A stretch of 64,000 nt of DNA from Balanoglossus misakiensis (lineage: Eukaryota > Animalia > Hemichordata), in assembly GCA_040954595.2 (NCBI GenBank), contig CM082579.2:9723625-9787624 (forward strand). Reading direction: 5' to 3'. Shown here one piece after another: positions 26,710 through 40,300 of this stretch; the first letter of the stretch is position 1; every line of letters begins with the position of its first letter. The position numbers were made by a program, and so were the translations under genes. Under the pieces are notes generated by a model. The model made no database searches. It was not told the DNA's origin and was given only the letters and a program-made list of their open reading frames with translations.

Positions 26710-27922
26710 GTGATATGAGTAGCTGCATTATTTGCCAATGAGTGTGTACTTGTGCAAAAGAAGTCTTTACAGATATGTGTACCTCGATTGAAGGTTAAAG
26801 TTTGTATCCCACGTAGTATAATGTTCTCGCAGGACATTCATCTTATGCACATTTACCGCACATGTACTTTTTCCAGTGTATCAAACAATAATAAAAAGAA
26901 CAAGTCATCGTCGATCACGCTGGTTTGATGTTCTTGGAATTTGTGCGTGCTCGACTGTTGCTTTGTTTTCGCATACTTTAAATGTCGTGTTTTGACTTTG
27001 ATGTTTCATCTATTTGAACTGACATACTCTGTCTATGATAGTGATGAATATCAAGTGGGTCAGTCCAACCACAGTCCATCTGTGGAATTTGCAGCGGGTG
27101 CTTGTAGATAATGTATTCATGAGGTGTGAAAAGTATTTGACAACACCCATCTGCTACTTTTCAAACGATCTTTTTATTCTTCCTAACGTTTCGGACGTAC
27201 ACAGACGACCTTCTTCAGAGGCTGTATAGACACAGTAAAAAAGGAAAACGGATTACTCTGTCTGTTTGAAGAAACGTTACAATTTCCATCTGATGTTTTT
27301 TTGCATATAACTGTCTCCGTTGTTTTTGATCCAGTGAATCGTTTCAGAAAAGGTCCAGAGGAAACTATTTTTTATTTACATTTTGTGTATAACCCTATTA
27401 TTATACATCTTTCTTTGTTTGATGCCCATTTTACTTGATTTGTGGATTTGTGGAGATGCGCTAGGATAGGCAGACCTGACAACCTTTGGACAACCATGCA
27501 GTCCACAAAGTGATCTGCTTGACAAACTACAATAGAAAACTTTAGAACGACGGAGAAAAAACTCTAGGCTTAGTATGCTCTTTAAAATTGATGCACGTTA
27601 AGTAGCTATTGAGAAAGACAAGTTTGTGAAATGTCCAAATAGATATTCAAGACATATGTAAATCATATCAGGTTCCCATGGCAAAGACAGACTGCAGGAA
27701 AGGATCATCCCCCCCCCCCCCGAACTATCAAAGACTGTGAATAATTTTCCCTCAGACATTGTGACAGCAGAAACACTTGACTTTTCAGAGCGAATGAACC
27801 ACTTTTTGTATCTGACTACCACATCCGTAATTCTGTTCAGCTGTACACAACTTGTAAAATCTGATGAAGGTGGCAGCATATTCAAGTCCTAGCCCGGATT
27901 GGTGACATCGTCTTTGTGTCGG

Positions 27923-30900
27923 TCAATCCACTTTCTGCAGTTGCTTTCCTACAAAGAACTACACATAAAATCAACAGCATGAGTGTGGTGTGGTTGGATA
28001 TGAATTGCTCATTTGGTCCGAGTGTACTGGTGTAGTTGTAGTGAGTTTCATAAATTTATTGGTATTTTAAAAATGCGAAAATCTGTGACTGGTTACATCT
28101 CCGCTATCCATATGTATGGTTGGTGAATGGCTGTTTTGATTGATGCTTTCCCAGACTACATCATACACATTCTATATCTCCACAGATACAAAACAATTAG
28201 CTTATCAATGCCTATAAAACAACCAGACGCAAACATACATGTACGTAACCCAACAATACCTTTCTGATGGCAGCATACGCTGGTCCGAACTTCGCCATGA
28301 TTTGTACTTTGTCCCGAATCCAACCAGGCAGCTTACTGCTGACACTGGGCCTGGCATAGCGATGGTCAAGCAACACTATGGTTGCATAGTCGCCTTTGTG
28401 GCGTATAGCACGACCTGAAATTACACAATACAGTCACACCTGTGTTGGAGGCCACCTCTACATAGTGGCCACTTTTGCTACAGTCCCTGTGCAATTTACA
28501 TGTGCATTAATGGACCTGTCTAAAAAAGCCACCATCCTATAAAGGCCAGTTTAGGAAAACCTCTTGTCTGGCCACTATAGACTGGGTTGACTGTATACCA
28601 TCAGACATCTCTAAAATAGCAAGATTTTGTTCTTCCAGATGATAAAAGGTTCTCTATAGGGCTGGGTGTGCATGCATACAAATTAAGGGGGAAATTTTCC
28701 CTTGTTCCCACATTAGCTCTTGTAGATATTGAGTGTTTATGCAGTGGAAAGCCTGTGCTTTCAATTTCGTTATCCAGTTAATCCATTTCCTTCCAGTAAA
28801 AGCTGATAAAGAAGGTGTGCCTTTAAGGTTGCAAAGACTGGCCTGGCTTCCAATTTACCAATCTCTCTCTACTTATTCTGCCGTATTGCTGAATTTGCCA
28901 GAGCAGCACATTCGTTGCAGTGGCAATGCCATTATGATACTCTGAGTTCACAATACTGCACTATCAAAACTTAAAGTTTAATTCCCAAATGTATGCCATG
29001 GTAAGAACTTACCAATAGATTGATTGACCGCTTTCATACACAGGTTTTCATAATGAACTTGACCAGGCATCCTACCATCACTTGTACATTTCTGAGAAAT
29101 TAAGGAAAAACAGATGCCTTCTGTCAATGGTCGATATACTTCACTGTTACGGGACCTGCATTGAACTGCAATGCAAGTCATCTATCTTATGGTGGGTTCA
29201 GCCTGTTGAAAGCTGTCTTGCCTATGAAATTCTATTCAACTATTTTTTTCCTTGTGCTTCCCATATTCACCTTCACAGAAACTTAACTACTGTCGAGAAT
29301 ATTAAACTGACGAACAATATCTTTGTTGGCCATTAACAAGTTACTTTGCTGTAGTTTGAATGACAGAATGAAAAGCATTTCCCCCACGGTTGTTTATTCA
29401 TTGTCTATAAATCTATTTCCCATCGACTTCTCCATACTGGTGGTGTCAGACAAATAGAAATTTTACACTCTGTGGAAGACATTTAAAAAAAAAGATAATT
29501 TCAATTACAGCACCAATCACAGCACTACATATTAGACTGAATATCTGACTGATGTTGGATGCAGTTCGATTCAACTCTGCATATACATTTGTTCGGAGTG
29601 CGCCTTACCATAGTACTGTTCAGATAATCCATCTTCTCCTTCAGTTCGGGTGATCTGATGTTCGGATAGGGCAGTCCAACCATCACAACACATCTGTTAG
29701 TCGATCAAAATATGGGAGAGATAGATCATCTCTGGCACTTTAAATTGGTTCAAATCACCAAACTTTGCCCTATACCTGACAGGTATACAATATGCGTACC
29801 TATTCCGCATCCTTGGTACTGCTACGTAACAGTGGGGCAGGATAGCCCAATCGCAAATCTTGTTTTCTACTTGTTTCTTGGACCTGATTTTTTGTTTACC
29901 TTGAGTGATGTAGACTGATGAGCCTTTTTGGCTGTCACATTACATGGTTGAGACCAATCTAAGTATCTGCAATTTTCTCATGTTTTTCTGATTTTTTGTT
30001 TACTTCACGAATACAATTTGCAAAATTGCTGATGTTTCTCGTCTGATCAATTCCACGTGACGAAAATTCTGCAAAATCTGACTACATACCAGGAACATAC
30101 CATGATGCACTTGGAAATCTTTATTGGCACAAACCAGAATGAATCATGGGATATCTCCAGCACCTATGAGCACTCACCTTCCAAGGTCATCAGAAAAATT
30201 GATCCCTTCGCTCATTTTACCGCCGACAACCGACAACAACAGAGCCCCAGTCATACCCCCTGGTTCTCCATTCTTCGCGCACCTCTGAAAATTACACAGA
30301 AATACTGTTATTAGATATGATAGCTTCCTGAGGCACACTGCAGCAACATATCAAAGGTGATATTCTTTTTTATTTTTAGAAAAGTTACCTGATCCTTCCC
30401 ATTTCAAACATAAACTTGGTATTCTCAAATTTGAAGAGCACATCGCCTACCAATTTATTTTGTTAATGTTTTAGTGAAATTGCAACTAGGGGTGGACTGT
30501 TTGATATTGTGAAATCCAGTTCAACCCCTGTAGGTCCTTTGCCCTGCCCCTTGAAGTTGATACTGTAAAACGGGTTATTTTCGCGAGCAATAAATTTTCG
30601 CGAAATATGCGAGAGCCAAGAAAACGTTTTAAAAAAATGCTTCTGTGAAACCCCTCTTTCTCAAATGACACAACTACCATTAACCCTTCCCCTCAAACAA
30701 AACTTCAGTACATGTACAAAGAGATGAAAATTAACTGCAAATCTCAAAAAACGGTGGTGTAAAGGCACTGATCAGACAAGAAACTAAAAAGGTTATTCAC
30801 ATGTGCTAAATTAGTTACAGACAGATTTTCGACTTGGGTGAATATTCTACAACTCTGAATATATTTTCATTCCAACTGCCTGATGTAGACATCTCAATAC

Positions 30901-31246
30901 ACACAGAATGTTACTGACCTTGATACATGTGGTATACTCTCCGAGTACATGGTCTAACTGACTGGCCTTCTTGGGCTCCCTCAGTATCTTCTTCTTGCCA
31001 CTCAGTCTGGCGATCACGCCCGTCTTGCTCCAGTATGTGTACACACTGTTCTCATAGTCATAGGATGGGAAGAAACACACCACCCCACCGGGAACTATGT
31101 TACATATGTTGAACAGCACCCTGCCAAGTTCATCCAGCTGAGGACGAAATAAGTTGGTAAATATAGAAGCAAGTCTCAGGTGTTCTGTACAAAAGCAGGA
31201 GTAGTGCCTGAAGGAAGGATGATGTTCATGGTGATAATGATGATAG

Positions 31247-31300
<54 letters not shown>

Positions 31301-34300
31301 CGATGATGATGATGATAAAATTTAATATTCTTTCAACTTTATTTTGTAATTCTGGTCATTTTAATCAGAATGAAGTAAACACCATTATGAAATTTGTATT
31401 GCTTGTGTATTTTTTACACATTCAAAAAAATGAGAAAGAAAAAAATGCCTAATATCAATTTCTTCCCTCCCTTTTCTTTTGAAACACTCCAGACAAGACA
31501 ATGAATTAATTTGGAATTATTGCTGCATGTACATGTAGCATGCAGTTGCGAGTAACGATATTTGGCAGGTTTGCATGAAAACCAAGTGTCACTTACCATA
31601 TTTGGCAGGTCCCTGGACTGGTATGTGAAATCCAGTTCAACCCCTGTGGGTCCTTTGCAAAGCACCAGTGGTAATAAGTGATCATGTGGGATGACATGTC
31701 CTGTGACAAAACACACGACATCTAAATTATCAAGTAGAACATTACATTGCCAAACACCCTGTTGATTGACTATTACATTTCAATGTACATGCATTTTATT
31801 GGTTGAGAAAACTAAATCAATAGATGTTACAGGGTTATCTCTAAGTTATTTGCCAGAAGGCAAACTTTTCAGAGTAGGTGGCCAGCGGGGAGGGCGGGGG
31901 TAGGGGTGGGGTGGGGGATGGGAGGGGGCACAGTATGTCTACAACACTGACGCATTTCTTTGCATCTAACAATTACCAACGAGACCCGAGATATTTGCAT
32001 TCGGTACATCAGAGGAGATGTCTACCTACCGCAGGAGAATTCCACAACTCTGTCGGACTGTACACCGCCGGTGTTGAACAGCTGGTGTTTCAACTCCGAC
32101 ACTGGCTGCATGGTGCCACCGGCAACGACTATTGCTCTGCACTGCTCCACAATCTCCGTGAAGTGGACCGCCGGATTCAGAAGTAGAAACTTGACATGGG
32201 ACTGACTCAATATCTCTGTAAAAAAGGGGGGGATCAAATTACACATCTTTGATGAAAAATTCTTTGTAAAGAAAATTTCAATACATGTACAGACACAGGT
32301 AAACTGGAATTTCATAATCAATAATGAAAAGCTCAGGGAAACTAATTTTCATGAAATTCTGATATCCACTTTTGACCGATAAAAAATACAGGTGAAGATG
32401 AGTATTGTTGTGTCTAAAGAACTAATTATTATTATTATTAAAGCATTAACTAACTGAACAGTAAAAATTCCATAAGTACACGGTATACTTCTAGACGTTA
32501 CCTTCTCTATTTATGACAACTCTACCATCTTTGTTTGCGTTCGTTAAAGCCAACAGAAATTCTTCAATTTGTCGTAACGGTGACGTCCAACTCTGGTATT
32601 CCTCATCTGGTTTCTCATTGACTTCTGGTGAAAGTAAAAAAAAAAAATACTACACACAGACATTGATAAACGTACTAATCACACACAAGCATATAATGTT
32701 GAGTCAGAGTTAATAAGGTCGTACCAGCATATTTTAATGATATAGAAGTCTAGAGCTAAAAATTGGACAGAAACATAAAATCGGCAAGTTCCACCATTGA
32801 GAATATTTTCTTGTACGAAATCAGTTTGTCATGTCGGATAAAAAATATCCATGAACCATAAATACAGAATACCAGACAAAATCACCCCATAACATTTTAG
32901 CAAGTCCACAGAATTTAGATTTTAGCTGGCAGTTGAGATACAAAACTTTTAAAATTTGAGCTGGTGTTGATATTTGTGGTGGCTATACTGACCCACAAGC
33001 GGTGAGCTGGTTTTCTCACTGACTTCTTTCCGCTGACTGATTTGTTGTAAAAATCTACTAGTGGCAGACTGGTTAGCTGGTTGCTTCTCTTCGATTTTCA
33101 CTTCCACTGCTGGCTGATGTCTCTCCACAAAACCATTCAACTGTGAAAAAAAATATCAGTTGTTTGAATCTCTATCTGAACAGTTTTTGTGGATCTGCTG
33201 TGATAGAATTCATTTCTAAATACCAACTAGTTGTATTTCTAAATACCAACTACGAGTCATAATGATTGTAATAAAAATTTTACCTTTTTTGAGATTTCAC
33301 TCCTCTCACAGTACTTTTGCACCTGGAATGCAGTGAACAAAATTTATTGATAAAACATTAAAATTGTTAAAAATAAAATTGCTGTAAAAATAATCAATAT
33401 AGCATTCTGCTGGAAATCACTTAGATAATAGTGGCATATTTTACGCGAATTTGGATTAAACATAATACAATCACACAAAAATGACAACTGATTATTTTTT
33501 ACCTGTGTGTTAGGAAATCTAAATTTATTGTGCATTAAATGAGAGGTGAAAGGTCAAACTTACCTTGAAGAGGTTGATGTTGTCCATTTCAGTTGTAAAT
33601 AGGAAATCATTGATTGTTAGCAACCTCACACTGCTCGGTCCAGTCTTCTGGGCGTGTGGAGCGATTCCGACTTTCCCATTCAAACATTTGACCAGACAGG
33701 CTAGTACGTATAAGATCTGTTTGATGTACATCAGATTCTTGGCTTTGAGACGACTCTTGTATCTCTGCATGTATTGAGTCAGCTGCGAGTGTGCTTTTAT
33801 CAGCTGAAAGTAACAGCAAAGGATATAGTTGAGTGAGTGGAGCATTACAGCCTTTAGAGCTGCCACTTTTTTGTATTGTGCCGCACCGATTTAATCAGCC
33901 TCCATACAAACAGTACGCAGCTATCGTGGTATGCCTCGCCAAGAGATGACAAACTGATGCAAATGCAAGTAATATGGCTTAATGGTTAGGATTTCAGAGG
34001 ATATAAAAAATATTTTATTGTGGAAAAAATATATGAAATTTGGCAGCTGGTTAAGTTTTCAAATTAAGATTGCATCATACAAAAAGACGCTTGCATGATG
34101 AATTGCGATACCTGCGTTCCAGTGATCTGTATACTGTGGATATTACTGATGGTTTCCAATAAATTGTGTGCTTCGTCAATGATGATAATGTTCCCTTCCA
34201 ACTTTATACCACACGCATCCCTGGTTGATCTGTGCAGCAGTGTATTGTATGGCAATACCACTAGCTGAAAACACAAATATACAAATGAACATACATTTTT

Positions 34301-37300
34301 TTTAAAAACTGAAAAATTTAACAACTCGATAGAAATTGAGCTGTGCGTTTAAAATGGCTGCCATTAGTGGTTATCGACTGAGAAAGTCACGAAACTATTT
34401 TCATCAGTACACTCTCAAATTTCTTTGAAATCAAAGTCAAGTACACGGTGAAATGTTTGGAAGTGAAAACCATGATCTACAGTACTAGCTACTACTCGTA
34501 CTACTATGCCTGCAAAATGCAGTATGCTTTGTTTTTGCTGAGACATAATAAATTCATTGATGCAAAAAGAACACCATAAAGTAGATATGACACCATCTTT
34601 TACCTGTGCCAGTGGTACGGAGTATCTTGTGCCGTAGTAGGGACACGATTTGATTTCTCTGCCCATTGTCACCAACTGTTCGATGTCTTTCACTTCGATA
34701 AGCACCCGGTCTCTGTAATCAGCCATGTGTTGATAGAATGGACAACTGCCGGAACCCGTTTTCCGTTTCTTACTAGGTTTGCCGTCTGTTTCAGAGATAT
34801 CTGAATCTGGGAAGCAGGAGAAATTGTCACACTTTTAATGATATTTTGTGATACAAGCAACTTTGATGGACGTGTATAATTACTGTCGGTTTTATCAATT
34901 TTTCACCATTCTTTTGCACTCTGTAGCTCAACGTAGCCAAATTGTATCTAATGTTTATTTCTCATTCTGCCTTTCGCTTATCTTCAATGCAGAGAGCGTC
35001 AAATTCACATCCAAAATTCAAAATTTGGCATTTTTTACTGAAAAGTCCCATAAAAATTATAGTTAAGGTAGCAATAATGAAAAACAAATGGTGGCGGTGA
35101 CAGCAAACCAGGGCTTACCTTTTTTCTTGTTTTTCTGCATTTCTAGGCACTTGTCATTGATCAGTGATATAGATTTCAATCTTCTAACTGCTTCATTGAT
35201 GCACAGATTCTACAAACAGAAATGACGAGCAAACACTGAAAACTCATGCTAATAGCCTATACATTTGTTAATAATGTCTAGGAACGTGCATTCTTGGTGC
35301 TACACATATATATGACTAGAGCCTACACTCCAAAAATCATGTAGAGCAAATCGCACTTTCACTAAATACCACTTCAGTGTTTATGCTCCTTATCTTTCCT
35401 TATTCAGTGTTATCAACACCTCAAACCCATCTTGCACATACAGAATACTGTAAAACACTTTATTTTCGTGAGCAATAAATTTTCGCGAGAGCCAAAATAG
35501 CGTGAAAATAAAAGTCGCATAAATTTTTTTTGAAGATAACGATGCAGTGAATGAAATAAGAGAACGCGAAAATTAATACCCGCGATACAGTGGCCTCTCT
35601 CGATATCGCGAAAATTTTGACTCGCGAAAATAAAGTGTTTTACACTATTTAATTAATCACATGCCTACCTGTCGAGATCCCAGCGACACCACCTTGGTGT
35701 CTTCACCAAATGGACTTTTCTGAACCTCCCTCACAAACTGCGCTAACTGAGAGTGAGTTCTGCTGCAGTAATAAATCTGGTAAACGAAAAAGACGGCGGC
35801 CATTTATCGGTTAGTCATTTGGTCGCAGTCTGCTATGCATGGATCTTGTTTGAATTCACATTCCGCAGTGATGAGACTAGACATGCAAACGTCAATCTGA
35901 ATCATGTACTTTTATCAAGTTTTTTTTATGAAATCACATCATTTCACAAAATTGTCCATATCAAATTTAAGATTCTTCACTCCATAGCATAAACAGAATT
36001 TAAGGTTCTATTTTACTGTGTTTTAATTGTTTTTCAGCATTTGATGAGCAAAATTTGATTTTTTTTGATCAATTTATATTTTCTATGTTTCGTTAGCTTT
36101 GTATCATTTATGAAGGGCTTTGATAGAAATCATCTGCCACATGTACAATATGTATAACATTGCAACTTCTCATTAGAAACTAACAGCTTATCGCCTTTTA
36201 ATTACAATCCCCCTTGCAGCTACAATTACACTAACAATGCCAGTTACCTTGGTAACACACGGCTCATCATCATCGTCATCACCTTTGCCTTCATTTTCAT
36301 CATCATCATCATCGACGGCACTTCTCACCGTGGATTCCTCATCGCTGTGATACTCCTCCACGACTAAATGGTCGTCATCCTCATCATCTCCGTCATCACC
36401 CCTGCCACCTGAAGACTGTGCGGCAGAACCGCCACCTGCAGGTCCCCTCTTGCCGACGTCATTCTCAAGAGCAACGTCAGACGGTTGCTGATGATAAAAT
36501 GCAACAATGAATTAAAGGTACATAAGCTGCAACTGGATAAAAAAAATAGAGTTTTAAATAATCTCATATATGCTTTTAATTATGTCTATTAAATGATATT
36601 TCATGATAATATATCAAGCTCTACACTTATTTATGACAAAATGGCCAAATATTAAAGAAAAACGAAAATTCCTGCAATTTTTTAAAAAAGTGCAATATTG
36701 CAATGAAAAAGGAAAATATAATGTCTTCAACAATTTTACTCTGAATTTTTCCCCCTTAATTTTAGACCACATAGATATACATTTTCATTGTCTCCAGGTC
36801 TTGATCAAAATTTGATGAAAAAAGGTGGAAAAAGTTATGAGGGTTTATTTTTTGTAACCCTTGCGATAATAGGGCACATGAGCTGCAACTTTGGGGGTAA
36901 TTATCATAATTTTCTTGTGTTTTTTACTGCTTATAATGTCACTTTTTTTGCTTTCATAACAGAGTAACCTTTTTACCACAGTGTGAGCACATATATCAGT
37001 TATACCATTAGACTTAATAAACTCCCTGTGAGAATTACCACACGGTAATAAAAATAATTTCTTTCTTCCTATCAATTACTATAATGATAATCTCGAGGCT
37101 CTTGGTCAATTTGAAATGCTGAACTAAATTACAATGATTGTCGTTGAGTGAGGGTTGCGCAACACTACATGTACCGCCACAAAACAGTGAGGCACTACAT
37201 GTTTGGGGCTCAAACTACAATGCATGGTTCATAGCAGCCATTCTGAGGAATTCTTTGAAGATTCAGAAAGATGAAAATGACAGCAATGTTGCAGTGTGAG

Positions 37301-40300
37301 ATGCTAATTAAAGAATCCTTGATATACATGTACATGTAGTTAAGGTGTCCTTTTAGCTACATTAATTAATTGGTCTGAAACAATTAAGCTAATTCAACAG
37401 TAGTTCCATACAACTACATGTATATGTATGTTACCATTCTGAGAAAACAGCCTAAACTCACCTTTCTCTTCACAGAGTACCTTCTCTTGGTCTCACTTTT
37501 CAATCGCTTCAACCTCTCTTCATACCGCAGCTTTCTCTCAATTTCTTCCTGAAATGGGAAGCATTTACAAAGATGCAACTTACAGGCAACTGAGAAGCAT
37601 ATGACATAATCGAGTGATCTACTGTATAAAACTCTCTTTCTAACACAAGTTTACATGTACATGTACATGTAATCAGGATAAATACTCCAAGCTAATTACT
37701 GCTACATGTGTATATCCGTGGGAGCACCACCGGTAATTTGTATGACTCACCCTTCCTGTGCTGGAACATTTTATCAAAGTAAATGTCACCTGGTCAGTAA
37801 AAATAATTCATTTTTTTTATAGCTACATGTATCCCTTCTAAACCATTGGTAATAGATTAGGATGCCTGAATTTTCATTACTGGGTCTCTATGGTTCAGAC
37901 ATGGATGCATATACCCATCGACACACACATGTACCAGTATCTACATGTATACATGTACATGTGCATGCATGCACAAAGACAGTAATATACATGTATTAGG
38001 ACAGTCAACCCATGGACTTTTACCACCCTGACACTTCCCACTCACCGGGTAGGGCTGGAACCAGGCATGGACAATGTAGGTTGAGGTAAAATGCACTGGA
38101 GAGATTAATGTCCAGGGGGTACACTACAATGTAGCTGAGCACGACCACAACAATGTGATTTACACGTAAGGAAAACAAACCTTGAATGCGATAGTTTTCT
38201 GATAATAAGGTTCGCACAAACACAACAGTCACACTTTTGCAGTATGAACTGCTGGAGACAATCGTCATGGAAACAGTAGAGAAAACATGGCAAGTAAATA
38301 ACACCTCTGTTGCCATGGCAACAGAAACAACAGTATATTTATATATATTTAGCCTCTGCGGTGCCCACAGGATGACGTCAGAGCTGACATCACCATGACG
38401 ATCAGGAAAAATCCTTCGTTTCAAAATAGATTAATTGGCGTAAAACGTCAGCAACGCAACTAATTTTGGGATCAAATATCCAGAGGGGAGAGTCTCGCTA
38501 TCCATTCTTACTGCTGCACTGGCGTTCGTAAGTCAGAGAATTTGGCTCGTTGCATATACACATAGTAGCTGGGGGAAATACATGTCCTTGCAGACTGTCG
38601 CACTTGGATAGTGCTACTTCCAGTCACCCGGCTGCCACTCTTGCGATTACATTTTGTACTACTTTTCCATATCAAGTGGGAAGACAAATGGCAGAACCTA
38701 AGGAATCTGATTCCATCGACGCAGCGGACAGTCACATTCCCATCGATGTGACCTTTGGGGTGGTCATCCCTTGCGTACTGACAGGAGTTGTGTTCACCCT
38801 GATCATCCTGGTGGTCACTTTCCGTTACCACCACCTGCGGACTGTGGCCACGGCGCTGCTGACCAGCCTGGGCATTCTGGACCTGCTGACGCTGACCGCC
38901 GTCGTCCCCGTGCAGGTCTACATGTACGCCTTCCAGCGGGCCGGCGAGCGCACCCTCTGCCTGATCCAGCAGTACCTGTTCCACGTGACGCTGGCCATGA
39001 CGTGCTTCCAGTCGACGTGCATCGCCGTCAACCACTGCATCTGCCTGGTGCACCCGGCCACGTACAAGGCGTACAGCACCCGCACCACCACGGCCATGTC
39101 GCTGACGCTCTGCTGGTCGTCCGTTCCCATCATCTGGTGCCCCATACTGCTGGCCGAGACGCAGTACGAAGACCGGCAACGCGGGAGCGCCGGGGCGGCG
39201 GCGGACCACTGCACTTTCTGGCTGGGAGCCTACTCCTACTTCACCCTCCTCACCGGCTACCTGCTGCCGTGCCTGGCCACTCTCTACTGCTACTGCGCCA
39301 TCTTCTGGCGGCTGCGCAGGGACTCCCGGCAGATCGGCGACGCGGAGCAGGCGACGGCCAACCACCCCTCGGCCAACCCGGCCGTGGTCCAGCTGGCGAA
39401 GACCTCGCTGGTCACATTCCTCGTCAGTCTGATCTTCGCGCTGCCGTACGCCACCCTGAGCTCCCTCGTCAACTTCCGGACGATCGCGGAGGTGCCCGGA
39501 CACGGCCTGCTCCTGGCGTCCCTGGTCTTCACCGTCGGCTGCGCTTTCAAGCCGCTCGTCTACGTGGTGTGCAGCGATAACCACAGGTTGGGCGTCAAGA
39601 GGCTTCTCGGCTGCGAACGCCGCATCAGCGTGCCCAAAATCACAATCCAGCTGCCGACCATCGGCCCAGAGCAGCCCATTCAAACTGTAAGTCTGAGCAC
39701 CAGTCAAGAACTGCTATATCCTCCAAAATCTTCTCGTGTTTGAAGGAACAATATTTGGGATTTTTGTGCTATTTCTTTCAATATCTTTTTTCCTGTGTTA
39801 CGAATCGCGCTTACATGATGTACATGATTCTTTTTTCCTGTGTGGAGACATAATGGAAATCTGGTTTATCAAGCCCACTACTTTTCTGCTTTGCTCAATT
39901 CCTTAATTTTCATCAAATTCCTTTTTTGTCAGATTCAAATATCACATGAGAATGGACATAACAACTACCAGTCTTAACATCAAATATTTTGTATAAAAAA
40001 AATAGGTTGTCTTAATCTCTTGTTTTATGACATAAACCTTTATTTTGTTATCTGTATAGGAGAACAATATTTTTTCATGTCCCACTTTGAGTTTTGGTAG
40101 TTCAAGTTCAGATAAATAAAAAAACATTCTTTTTTAACCCTTTCACCACTATGGTTTTGTCCAAATCAATTGTTTTCATGGTAAAAGTTGGACCTCTTAA
40201 ATCTTCAAATGTTAAGAAGGCTTTACCCAGCATCGAAGTGGTCAACAATGCAGTCTCATCATGGTGGGATTGCAGAGTGTGGGTAGGGGTGGGGGTGGGG

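Noticed and set aside
27035-27885. ORFs 27035..27229 and 27598..27885 as PLAT-domain or extra DDX11 exons
   Set aside because: No PLAT motif; DDX11 already terminates at 27923 ([11 protein letters not shown]), so this is most likely UTR or intergenic.
31180-31452. Poly-methionine ORF
   Set aside because: Translation of (GAT)n in a DDX11 intron.
38508-39707. 399-aa antisense ORF and 269-aa alternate-frame ORF over the GPCR
   Set aside because: Expected shadows of very high GC3; no recognisable domain, and DDX11 splices in phase across this region without them.
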